From Octopus vulgaris (Eukaryota), in assembly GCA_951406725.2 (NCBI GenBank), contig OX597816.1, forward strand, positions 39,370,001 through 39,434,000: a stretch of 64,000 bases of DNA. Reading direction: 5' to 3'. Positions within the stretch are counted from its first letter, which is position 1. The number at the start of each line of letters is the position of its first letter. Position numbers and translations under genes: made by a program. Below are positions 40,401 through 53,921 of this stretch, piece after piece. The notes beneath the pieces are model-generated. The model was not told where the DNA came from and did no database searches. It worked only from the letters and a program-made list of their open reading frames with translations.

Positions 40401-43400
40401 ACATTATTCAAGGAGTCCAATTTTTAAAAATATGGTTGGGTAGATTCGAAGGAGATTTGGCTGCTATTTCTAACAGATCGAACCACTGCACAGAGCCCTT
40501 CTCTTTCACTCGGCTATTAATGTGTTTGTCTTATTTTGCTCGCTGCACGGCGAGTTGGCAGAATCGTTAGTGTATCGGACGAAAATGCTTAGCGGCATTT
40601 CCCTTGATTTTACTTATGTTCTGAGTTCAGATTCCGCCTAGATCAAATTTGTTTTCATCCATCAGTAGGGCAATTAATTAATTGACTAATCAACTACAAT
40701 TTTCTGAGATTAGGATATTCCTCTCCTCCGTGTCTCTTTTCAAAAATTAACTGCTAAAAATAGCAAACTATTGTGTAAACACCTCACCCATCCATCCATC
40801 CATCCATCCATTCATTCACGCATTTGAATTATTAATGTTGTGTTTATTGTTGTGCAAAAACCCAAACAAAGCCATTTCAAATGAATAATAATAAAATAAA
40901 CATTTCACATTTTGTGATCGTAGAATATCTAACTCCCTCTGCCACCCCTTTATAATCCATTGCTGCTGCTACTGCTGCTTCCTCTGTATATATATATTTT
41001 TTTTACATCTAGAAAAACTACTACTACTACTACGTCGTCATCATCATCATCATTGATTATCAATTAATCATTTCTCTTCTCTCTCTCCCTCCTATCTGTT
41101 GCTATTGGCTGACTATACTGGTGGCCTGACCTGCTGCCGCTGCTGGTACACATGCACCGAACACATTGCAAAATAAACTGATTAACCCGACTTTCAGTTG
41201 TTGGAAATCCAGACATGTCTTCTTAGTTCCCTCCTTTTAATTTACTACAGAAGCAAATTTGACTGCTATCGCTTGTTGGTTGGTTACTGTGGTAACAAAC
41301 CCTCAGTTAGTGAAATGATGAAAAATGATGATGATGATAATAAAATTACGAACCTATTTCAAGGCCATAATATACTACACAACACGCCCCTCCTCTCCAA
41401 CTCTTTTGTATATATATATATATATATATACACACACAGATAAGTGGTATAAGAAGGCACCAATATTTTCTGGAAAATAGCAATCGATACAAATACGATG
41501 CTATCGTATATTTGGTGCCTTCTTGTACCACTTATCTGTATTTATATGTATAATTCTACCCTTATTGGGCTTTATTTTACTGGAAAGTAATACATTTGTA
41601 TTACAATATTATGTTTCATATATATATATATATATACATATATATAATTCATGTACGCTCGTATCTTGTTATTTTGTCAAAGCTAGAATATCTATTTTTA
41701 GCTCTTCGCTACAGCAAGCATCTTGTTTACTCTGTGGGTATATGCATGAAATGTGTTCATTGTTAAGAGGAAGAAGAGAAAAAAAAGTGTTTAAAAACTA
41801 TGGAATAAATTATTACTCGATGTGGAAAACAAATAGTGTGGGGGAGTGAAAACATTGATGGAATTTCTCTTTTTGGAAGAAGAATGCCTCATTACTACTA
41901 CTACTACTACTACTACTACTATCACTACTACTACTACCACTACTACTACTACCACCACCACCGCCATTACTACTACTACTACTACTACAACAACAACAAC
42001 AACAACAAAAACTTGTGCTTAGTGTGTAATTCGTAATTTACTATTTTGACATTTGAATCTTATATCCAAAACGAAACTAAGGAATAAGCTAACAATTTTT
42101 AAAATTTCCTATCAGATGTAAAAAAACAACAACAAAAAAACCCCCTCCAAAACGAGTGTTCTCAAAATATGCTACTTGAAAATCAGCTATAGAAATTTAG
42201 TCAACTAATTTCAGTTGCATCTTTTTTTTTTAATACTCTCTTATAACTTCTCTGTGAGGAAAGCCTTTTTAAAGCTGTTTTGGTTTTTTCCTTACTAAAT
42301 TAGGTTAATTTAAAACAGGATAACCATGGATAACCCGTTTTGGCTGTAGATCAATTACGTTATATGTATTACTCCAGGCCTGGCACCCTATGGCCGTGAA
42401 CAAAAGTCATGACAGAAAATTATGAAAGAAATTCTGTGTTTATTCTCAGGATACATTATAACATAGTAGACTAAAGATTTCGTTATAATATGTAAACAAA
42501 TATTAAAATAATAGTAAACAAGAGCATCAAATTGAAAAAAGGTGAATGAACAGCCTCCTCCCTTCCCCCCTTCCCTACATCCATATTCTACAAACCCAAT
42601 ACTACCCAGTTGACTTGTTCAAAACTGCTGAAAGAATTCCGCCTTTCCACCTCTTTACATGCATCTGGTTTTGCTTTTCATCTAAGACATATGATATGCT
42701 TACACATCAAGCAGCCCTCATCATCAAGCCATGCCTACTGAATCTTGGCTGTTCTACTATCCTTACACCACCTAATTCCCATCATAATGTTGGCTTTATA
42801 TTAAATTTTTATACAGCAGTTAGTAGTTAAAAACTGTCTCTTTTTCAATGATGTACAGGCAAAAAATAAGTTTAACAAGATACTGCTGTCATTGTCTTCA
42901 TTGTCAGTGTGATCTTAAACCTTCCTCTCATCAGAGTGTACCAGAGGAAAATAATTTATTGGTTGGATATAACCCATGTTTACTTAGAGAAGGAGACCTA
43001 TCCTGATAGTCCGTCTAGCAACTCAAGTTTATTTATTTTACATACAAATGGTGGCTAACTTTTACTTATTTGCCCTCCTAGTGTGGCTCTGTAACATTTT
43101 GTTTTATATATTATAAAATTTTATCTTGGATTTTCTGCTATATTTTATATTTTTAAGAAGAGTTGAATAATAGCTGTGGTTTCCACAACTTAAGATAAGC
43201 CTAATTCACTGGTTCAAGGTTATTAATACACTATTTTCTTTATTTAAAAAAACTGAACTTAATCAGTGTTTTTTATATTCATAAATCCGTAGCTTATAGT
43301 GTTATGAAAAATTAATGTTAAAATTCGTTTTGGAAATGTCTTTTTAATGAATTTATTGGAACTTTATATTCAAGTAGGTTCATTCCCAATGTGTTTCACC

Positions 43401-46400
43401 TTGGGCAAATGCCTTCTACTATAATCTTGGGTCAACCAAAGCCTTGGGAGAGGATTTGGTGGATGGAAAATGAAAGAAGCCAGTTGCGCGCGCACACACT
43501 TACACACACCTCTGTGTGTCTTTGTTTTTCACCACTCATTGACAACCAGTGTTGGTGTGTTTACATCCCAGTAACTTTGTTGTTTGGCAAAAAAACAAAA
43601 ACAAAAAAAAAACTGGTAGAATAAGTACCAGACTTACAAAAAATACAGGTGTCAATTCGTTTGACTAATATGCTTCAAGGTAGTGCCCCAGCATGTCTGC
43701 AGTCTAATGACTGAAGCAAGTAAAAGATAAAGTATTTTGTAAATATTTTTTTCACTGCTTAGACCGACTGAAATTATAAAAGTTTTGTTTATGAGACACA
43801 AGATTTTCTGTTATGTTAGACTAAATATTTTATTATTCTTAAATGAATAACTATTATGGACTGAATCATTGAAGTTTACCGACATTTATTTATTCAATTT
43901 ACTTGGTTGAAAAATTAATATCCACATTCCTGTTGCATATTTAAATAGTCAATTCATGGTTTATTTACAATCCAATTAGCCAAACAATCAGTAACATTCC
44001 TGCTATATTGTGCAGCTATTAGTGTTTTGGTGACATTAATCTATTAAACATCTTGCCAGAGAGATTTTGTAAATGTAGGAATTGAAACTTGGATGCAATC
44101 CTCATTATTGTCATCATCATCATTGTTATTTTAACATCTATTTTTCCATGTATGCAGGGGTCCGATGGAGACCATTGAGGGAGATTTTCTATGACTGGGT
44201 GCTCTTTCTGCTCCCAATCCACACTTGTTTCTAAGCCAAATATTTTCCAGTGGTCAGACAGGTTTTCACGGGAGATTGAAAATGAAATAACATTACTTGT
44301 ATAATAGTGACATGTGATGGTAAGGCAAGAGGACACAAACACACACACACACCCCCCACAGGTTTTTTCCCCCAGTTTCCACTTATCAAATGATGTTACA
44401 GTGGATGACTCTTGCTCAAGGTACTATGAGTGGCTGCGAAGCAAATTTCTTAATCAGAGAGAGAGTAATGTAATTTATATTTACACTTCATGTATGTGTC
44501 ACTGTAAACATTGGTTTATAAAGATATTTCAGAAATGTCTTTTATAAGTTTCCATTTCAGTTTTAAGTCAGTTAACTTAGAACAGTAACATTTGTTTTTA
44601 TAAAGAAAGTTCGGAAGTATTTTGAATTTTTAAAAAGAAACTTCTTTCTATTTCATGTTGCCACACAGTATGAAATCGTGGTATTTTGAGTGTTGTATTT
44701 GGTGACTTGATCTGAAATAGTGTGTTGAAATAGTTATAATGACATTGCTGAAGACTGTGTTAAAAGTATCACAGTTATATCTTGGAAGAGATATGATACA
44801 CTCAAAGCCTCACTGAAGTGCTTTCAGACCAACCCCAGCACCGGTGTTGATCTGAGCATGCACTGGCCTGATTGGTTACAGCCAGATGTTTCATGGACCA
44901 TTTTCTTTTCCCATGCGATGTCTTTGTCATCATCAACAGCGATGGACGAACATTATTATACTGCTAGATTACAATAGCTCTTAAAGGAGGCATTATTACT
45001 GCCATTTAAAACGCATATATTGTTACAGGCCCAGGTTAAGAAGTTTGCTTCCCAATCTTGAGTGTCTTCCACTATAGTCCCCTGCTGATCAAAGCCTTGT
45101 AAATGGATTTGCTTGATGGAAGCTGAAAGAAGTCCATCTTTGTGTGTGTGTGTGTGTGTGTTTATACACTCGTGTCCTGACTTCATGCAATTGTTAGGGC
45201 ATCACAGTTATACCAGCAATGTTGTTTGTTTCCATTCTTCCTTGGAAAAATATATTTGGCTATGGGAAATATTGCCTTGCATAGAAACAAGTGGTGGTTG
45301 GTGACAGGAAGTGCTTTCAGCCATAGAAAATCTGCCTCTGCAAATTCCATCTGACTTCTGGAAGCATGGAATAGTAGACAATAAATGATAACGATGATGA
45401 TTTTAAACTATAAGGTGTTAAATGAGATACAGAGGAAATGTGTCAGAGAATAGGTTGGAGATGTGCAACAAAATCATTTAACACTATAACACATAACACT
45501 ATTACAATATAAGACGAAAGTGAATATAATGGTTTTATATGATACATGACATCCTGTATAGATGTGGTATGACCAAATAGTTAAGAAGTTCACTTTGTTA
45601 TCACAAACTTTTCTGTTCTGAGTGGCATCTTGGAGATGGTTTGACAGGAGCTGGCCAAGTAGAAGACTACACCAAGCTTCTGTGTCTGTTTCGGTATGGT
45701 TTTTATGGCTGGATGCCCTTCCAAATGTCAACCACCCTGTAGAATGAACTGAGTGCTTTTTACGTGGCACCAGCACTGATAAAGTCACTTTTGGTTCAGA
45801 TGCTCTTCTAAATGCCAACCACTTCACAGTGTGGACCGAGTGCTTTTTATGTGGCACCAGCACTAGCAGGGTCACAAAGTAACTTGCAAGACAAGGAATT
45901 TTTGAGAGTGGAGGGGGCATTGGAGGAAATCATCTTGTGTCAGATGATGAAAGATTAGAGTGTGACAGAGATACCTAGGATAAAATTGGATTGATGGATA
46001 CTGTAAAGAAATCCACCAGGTGGATTCTGTATGTAATTCCAAAGGTAAAGGTTTGTTACAGTGTGTCATGTTGATTCTACCTAAGAACGTGTCTGTGAAT
46101 TGCTAGCTGCTTATATGTTAAACCCGGCAGCAGATGATTCAGTTGATTGAACTGAATTCTCATTGTTGAACAATAGAGATCCTTCTGTCACCATCACCTC
46201 CCACCACTGCCCTCTAAGCATGGCTGTGTAGTTAACCCCCCCCCCAAATTGCCAAGTAACTATGTGGCTTTAAATTTGTTCTTACAATGTGGAACTATAA
46301 GCCAGTGTCTTCTGTCATAGTTTCATGTTGACCAAATCTTTGTGAATGAAATTTGATAGACTGAAACTGTATGGAAACTTCATTGAAAGAACTGCTTCTG

Positions 46401-49400
46401 TTCTTGTTCTTTGGTGGTAAACTTATCCATTTCCCTGTTTAACTCAACCACCTTGACCCATGGGTTACTTTAGTGTAGTCCCCTCTACCACTCTATTGAA
46501 AGCATTTGATCCAGGACTTTGGCTTGAGGATTAACTTGCTCCTACCAGTCATAGTTTGTTACTCTTCCCCCCACTGGCTCATATATAAAATGCCTTGCAC
46601 TACCTGTCATGTTTGATATTTTATCATTTTTGAAGATCTTTAAAATCTACAGAAAATTTAATGTGACAATTTTGTTCTGTTGCTTGTCTGTCTCTCAGCC
46701 TCATCTTGAATGATAATTATGTAGATGACAGATGTCTTGTTATAAAGGAAAGAGAATTGATTTTAATGGCTAATTAAATCAATTAATTGGTATACAGATT
46801 AAATTATTACCCCAAAATTTGTTGATGTAAATTTTCCTATAACATTTTGTTTTTCTCAAGATTTCTTGTTTTGAAATGATTTAAATTTTTAAAGTTGACA
46901 ATGAAGATTTCTACATGTGCGTGTACACAAATAGACACACACACCTCTTTAAATAGTCCTTTGAAAATGAGTTTTGTATTATTCATCTCAAAATATGCTC
47001 TGTTTTTTTATTTTTGTAGTGAACCATACTGATACTATGGACATTGATGGCACCCTGGAAATTCCCAGCAGTAAAGCTACTGTATTAAGGGGACATGAAT
47101 CAGAGGTGTTCATATGTGCATGGAACCCTACAAATGACCTGTTAGCCTCTGGGTAAGTATCCTAAACCAGAATTTTTTTTTGTTACATAATTACACACAC
47201 ACACACAATGGCAGTAACTTGATTCTGAACAATGCTGTCTCTTTAGTGTTTTTTTAAAGCAGCATGGATGTGGTATTTCAGTCCTATATACGGTGAGCTG
47301 GCAGAAACGTTAGCACGCCGGGCGAAATGCTTAGCAGTATTTCGTCTGCCGCTACGGTCTGAGTTCAAATTCAGCTGACGTCGGCTTTGCCTTTCATCCT
47401 TTCGGGGCCGATTAAATAAGTTATGCACTGGGGTCAATGTAATCGACTTAATCCGTTCGTCCTTGTTTCTCCTCTCTGTGTTTAGCCCCTTGTGGGTAGT
47501 AAAGAAATAGGTATTTCAGTCCTGTCTGGGACCTACACGTCTTTTGCACTGATGTGGCAAGTAAATAAACAATTACATCATGGAATTTCTCATTGGATGT
47601 TTTGCTTTTTTCAACCAGCCATTACCAGCCATAGTATGCAATACATAATGGAGATGTTAAAAATCGAGTGATGTCTGTACTTGAAGCTTTTTAATGTAAG
47701 GAAAGGCCTTGCTGAGAATCAATCCCACTTTCTAAATAGTATATGATCATTTGCCTCCAAGATAACTATTCTAAATCATTGGATGCAAACAAAGTTACAG
47801 GTGTCATGTCAGTTTTCCTTCTATAGAAATGTCTCAACAAAATCGTGTATGTGTACACGTGCATGAAAGGGTGCAGAAAAGCTCCTGGTGAAAGGCCTGC
47901 TCGGAGGCCCAACCTTTTGAGTTCTTTTACAGGGCTCAGAAAAACTGAAGGACGGCTGCATTAAGTGACTCAGGGAGGGGAGGGAATATGTTGGATAAAA
48001 TCATAATTAACTGCTGTTTGTCCTGTATTTGCTTTCACCCAAAGCCAGGAACTTTTCAGCACCCCCATTATATATATATCTCCTTTACTCTTTTACTTGT
48101 TTCAGTCATTTGACTGTGGCCATGCTGGAGCACCGCCTTTTAGTCGAGCAAATCGACCCCGGGACTTATTCTTTTTGTAAGCCCAGTACTTATTCTATTG
48201 GTCTCTTTTGCCGAACCGCTAAGTGACGGGGACGTAAACACACCAGCATTGGTTGTCAAGCAATGCTAGGGGGACAAACACAGACACACAAACACATACA
48301 CACACATTTATACATATATACGACAGGCTTCTTTCAGTTTCCGTCTACCAAATCCACTCACAAGGCATTGGTCGGCCCGGGGCTATAGCAGAAGACACTT
48401 GCCCAAGATGCCACGCAGTGGGACTGAACCCGGAACCATGTGGTTGGTTAGCAAGCTACTTACCACGCAGCCACTCCTATGTATTTAATATTAATGTATA
48501 GAAATGATTTTCTCATATTACATAAATACTAGGCAAAAAATAACTGATATGATAGTAAACATTTAAATAATTGTTGAACTGAGCAAAGTAGATCACAATG
48601 AATTTTTTTTTCCTTCCTAGTTAAGAGGGAATGCAATCCCCATAACCTTTTTATGAGCCTCTAAGTCTAGTGGGAGGACAGGAAGGATATATCTTCAAAC
48701 TGGTGACCTGACCTGAATGCTTGTAACAAAGTGGTTTCTGTTAAAGGTGCATGTATGTGCATACACACATGCATCAATCTGCTGTAGCACAATGATAGTG
48801 ATAAGATGTGAAGCAATGATTTTTCAACTTAGAAATATAGGAGTGGGTGTGTGGTAAGTAGGTGTAGCAGTGGCTGTGTGGTGAGTAGCTTGCTTAGTCC
48901 CACTGCATGGCACCTTGGGCAAGTGTCTTCTATAGCCTCGGGCCGACCAAAGCCTTGTGAGTGGATTTGGTAGATGGAAACTGAAAGAAGCACGTCATGT
49001 GTGTGTGTGTGTGTGTGTGTGTTTGTCCCCCCAACATTGCTTGACAACCGATGCTGGTGTGTTGCATTCCCATAACTAAGCGGTTTGGCAAAAGAGACCG
49101 ATAGAATAAGTATTAGGCTTACAAAGAATAAGCCCTCGGGTCGATTTGCTTGACTATAGGCCGTGCTCCAGCATGGCCACAGTCAAATGACTGAAACGAA
49201 TAAAAGAATATATATCTGTGTGTGTGTGTGTGTGTATTTCTAATTTAAAAAAAAAAATAGATGTTTCTTTTTAAAGTGAAAAACTAAAATATTTGTGTTT
49301 CTTATTAAACAACTTTACTGTTACCTATATAGAAGCATCCTTTCCTCAAAACTATATTTGTTGAATGCATATGTCAGAAGTAATATTATTTAACAAATGC

Positions 49401-52400
49401 TTTTTCGTTCTTATGAAAGTAGAATTTAATCTTGTAAATTTTTGACCTAAAAGTTAGTTATCTTATTTTCCTTTAATACAGCCAGTTGGTCATTAATTTA
49501 GGAAGTAGAATTTAGTAAACATTTATAAGACTAAAACAAAACATTTCTGCTTTAGTAATTCTGATGTGTTATGTTTCTTTAAAAATACAAAATTTCTGTT
49601 CACAGTTCAGGAGATTCAACTGCTCGGATATGGAATATGAATGATAACAGCAATAATGCTAACCAGTTGGTTCTTCGTCATTGTATACAGAAAGGGGGAA
49701 CAGAAGTTCCTAGTAATAAAGATGTTACTTCTCTTGACTGGAATGTAAGTTTTTTTTTTCCTTCTTTAACCCTTTAGTGTTTAAACCGGCCATATCCGGC
49801 CCAAATATCCTACATGTTTTATATTCAAACTGGCCATATCTAGCCTCTCACACCTAACCTATAGTGACACTCTGAAAATAAACAATCATATCATTGAAAC
49901 CTCAAAGCTATAACATAATGCATGGTTAATTCAAAAAGATTTGAGTGAAAAAGTATTACATTTAATAGAGAAATTTGAACACCAAAGGGTTAAACTTTCT
50001 GTATGTCTAATTCTAAGCATAAAACTGCACTCCCACCCTTGTTCATCACTCACTACATTAACCTCTATCTCCACCTGTCAACTCCCCTTCCTCACACACT
50101 TATGAAAGTATCCACATGCTTTCTCCTCCTTTCCCATGACCCACTGTCCATGTCCTCTCTTATACTCACCTTCTTGCTCCTTGAGAGATTACTCTAGCAT
50201 CCCATCACTACCATCCTGTTATCTCCTCTACAGCAAGACACCTGTGATTGTCTTTCTATCATACTTTTAGTCTTCTAACAACTGACATACAGCCACCTAC
50301 CTCCACCTTCCCTTTTCAAATAGTTCCTCTTGGTAGTGGGAGCTTTTTCCATTTCCTTTTTCTCTGTTCTTTTCTGGTGGCATGCGGAAAAAAAAAAAGC
50401 ACTCTGTACACTCTGTAAAGTGGTTGACATTAGGAAGGGCATCCAGCCATAGAAATCATGCCAAAGAGGACATTGGAACTCAACACAGTTCTGCAATTCA
50501 CTGATTCCTTGATAAAGCATGCTACCTATACTGATATGGAAAGTGGATGTTAAATGGTGATGATGAAAATAAATTGTTTCTTTAATTAATGTTAGTAGGT
50601 CTGTTCTGAAATGACTCTTAAAATTTTTTTGCTGCAACTTGATCAAAATTGAGATGCAAATTCAAAATCATCTCAAAATAATGTATAAAGGGAAAAAATG
50701 AGCTTGATGGTTCTTCTGGAACAGCATCTGTATATTTTGTCACACACACATACTTATCCAGACACATGCACATAGTGATGCACCTTTGTGTTCAGTAAGT
50801 TGCCAAACATGACAACAGTTGTTGATCAACATCATTATATCTCCTATCCTTTACTTGTTTCAGTCATTAGACTGCGGCCATACTGAGTCACTGTCTGGAA
50901 GAATTTTTAGTCAAACGTATCGACCCCAATACTTATTATTTTTTTTAAAAGCTTGGTACTTATTCTATTGTTTCTTTTGTTGAACTGCTAAGTTATGGAG
51001 ATGTAAACAGACTAGTACCAGTTGTTAAGTGGTGGTGGTGACGCACACACACACACACACACACGCACACATGACAGGCTTTTTCCAGTCTCCATCTACC
51101 AAATCCATTCACAAAGCTTTGGTTGGCACAAGGCTATAGCAGACATGTGCCCAAGGTGCCACGCAGTGAAACTGAACCCAAGACCATGTGATTGGGAAGC
51201 AAGCTTCTTAACACACAGCCATGCCTGCATTTATATATAAATATTTAAAGTGGTGAGGTAGCAGAATCATTAGCACATTAGAAAAATTCTTAGCAGCATT
51301 TTCTTCCAGCTTTTTATGTTCTGAGTTCAAATCCTGCTGAGGTCAGTTTTGCCTTTCATCCTTTCAGGGTTGATAAAATAAGGTGACAGTCAAGTACTGG
51401 GTTGATATTGACTTCAAAGTTGTTGACCTTGTCTTGAAATTAGAAAGAATTAGATGTAAACAGTCTTTTGAATTCTGTTTCCAGCGAATACTTTATTATG
51501 TATAAGATTTCTTTTTTCTAACACTGCTTCTTGAGAAACCATTATCTATAAAAACTTCTTATAAATGACTTACTCTTGGGGGGAGTTCCTTTGGCAATTT
51601 TAATTTCATATTTAGAAGAATTTGTAATGTTCAATTAATGTAAGAAAATAAAGAAGCTTTTCAAAAATACAGTTAGCTAGTTGAGACTGTATTTTTAAAA
51701 ATAAGTTTTCATAACCATAATTATCATTGAAAAATGTGTTTTTCATTTAATTTATGATCCTTATAATTATTACTAACATAAGTTAGTTGATATGAGGAGT
51801 TTTTAAAAAGGTAGATTAAATGTCATTGTATTTATTGCAGTGTGATGGTACGCTCTTAGCGACAGGATCCTATGATGGCTTTGCTAGAATATGGAGTACT
51901 GATGGTAAGTAAGCTGCTTTTGGAAAGACTTTTTACTGTTTTTTCTTTATTTTTATATTATTTTTTAATGCTTATGATGCATTCTTGAAGTAAAAACTGT
52001 GCTAGATAGGGCAACTATCTTGATTACAGGTAAGTTCACTGCCATCAATTTTACCTACCGCGAGGAAAAAGTTTACTAAGAAAATATATCCATAGTATTT
52101 CACCATTAATAGTTAAAAACTTTTTATTGCAAAAAAAAAAAAAAGAGGGCGAATTATTGATGATGATGAACTTATTGGACATGAACTATCTTACCCTAAT
52201 GTAAAACCCAAACTTGTGACAAGAAGTTTGAACTCATGGTCTAGAATAATCTCTAAACATTTTTAGATATTCATTAATTTGTTGTTTTACAATGTTTGCC
52301 ATAATTAGATGAATATGTTTTGAAGCGTTGTTTTCATAGTCAGATGCTCTTCCTGTATCTAACTCATACCTGTTTTGCAAGCAATGGGGGCTTATTATTA

Positions 52401-53836
52401 CCTCCACCTTAGCGAAAGTGGAGGTATTGTTTTCAGTCGTGTTTGTTTCTTTGTTTGTCCATGGATGAGATATCTCAAGAACTGTTGGATGGATTCGAAT
52501 GAAACTTTCAGGGATGTTTGGCCCCGTGACTGGCACGAACTGATTAGATTTTGGGATTGATCTGGTACCGGACAAGGATTCTAGTTTATTTTCCCACTTT
52601 TTAAACTTAATTTTTGAGAGCGGTCGGATTCATTTTTAGTATTCTCATTTGTGAGAGCAGTCAAGTTTATTTCAGATATTCTCATTTTAAGAATCATCTT
52701 CAGCTAATCATTGAAAGGACGTTGGTGTTGCCTTGGCAGAAGTTTGCACTCTCTGAGTGCTCTTGTTAATATTATTTCACTCATCTTTGATAACAGAGAG
52801 CAACAGGATGTTTTGTTAGCAGGGAATGTCAATGAATGTCATTATTTGTTTTGCATGCTGCTCTCTAATTGATGAGGGAACATGTGGAAGGGGCAGACCC
52901 GGGAAGATGTGGGACAAAGTGATGAGAAAGGAACTGCAGGCATTGGGACTCACAGAGGGGGTAACAGGGAACCGAAACATCTGGTGGTCTGTACTTGAGA
53001 CGACACATCGAGCTAAGTAAAAGCATGGCTGTCCTTGAATACAAGTTCGTCCCCTGCAACCCTCTTCAGCCGAGCACTCCTAATGTTGCAGGCTTGTAAG
53101 TGCTGGTGATACATAAAAAGCATCTGTGCCGGTGCTGTGTAAAAAGCACATTCTGTAAAGTCGTTGACGTTAGGAAGGGCATCCATCTGTAGAAACTATG
53201 CCAAAACAGGCAGGGAGCTTGAACAGCCTTTCAGCTGGTCAGCTCCTGTCAAACTGTCCAACCCATGCTAGTGTGGAAAATGGATATATGATGCACCCAC
53301 TACACTCTTGGAGTGGTTGGCATTAGGAAGGGCATCCAGCTGTAGAAACTCTGCCAGATCAGATTGGAGCCTGGCGCAGCCATCTGGTTTGCCAGTCCTC
53401 AGTCAAATTGTCCGACCCATGCTAGCATGGAAAGTGGACGTTAAACGATGATGATGATAGGTTTCCATATAGTTTCCATCTACCAATTACCCTCATACTG
53501 ATTCCACTGTAGTAGATATTTGCTCTAGGTACCATGCAGTGAGATAGAACTCAAAACCATGTAACAAAACCAACCCTGTATCCACATATCCATGCTTGTA
53601 CCTACTAAGTTTATGTTTCAGATAATGTGGATGTTTGTTTCCTTTCTTGAATGATATCATTAGGCACGGGTTTAGCTATGTGGTTAAGAAGTTTTCTTCT
53701 CAACTACTTGATTTTAGGTTCAGTCCCATTGTGTGCACCTTGGGCAAGTGACCTTCGTAGCCCTGGGCTGACCAGAGCCTTGTGAGTGGAAGAATCCAGC
53801 CATGTATGTTTTTCCTTGTCTTGACACTGGATGATT

Positions 53837-53921
<85 letters not shown>

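Noticed and set aside
40870-40960. Minus-strand short ORF with good Kozak context ([18 protein letters not shown]...) in the CpG island
   Set aside because: Only about 27 codons with no recognisable homology or downstream exon; insufficient to call a nested gene.
41836-42036. Poly-Tyr/His/Asn ORF
   Set aside because: Translation of a compound trinucleotide microsatellite; non-ATG start and no splice support.
44748-44785. CTGAAGA followed by a stem (actgtg/cacagt), possible hammerhead
   Set aside because: Lacks the required GAAA and cleavage triplet after stem II. CTGATGA at about 3196 and 35506 fails the same test.
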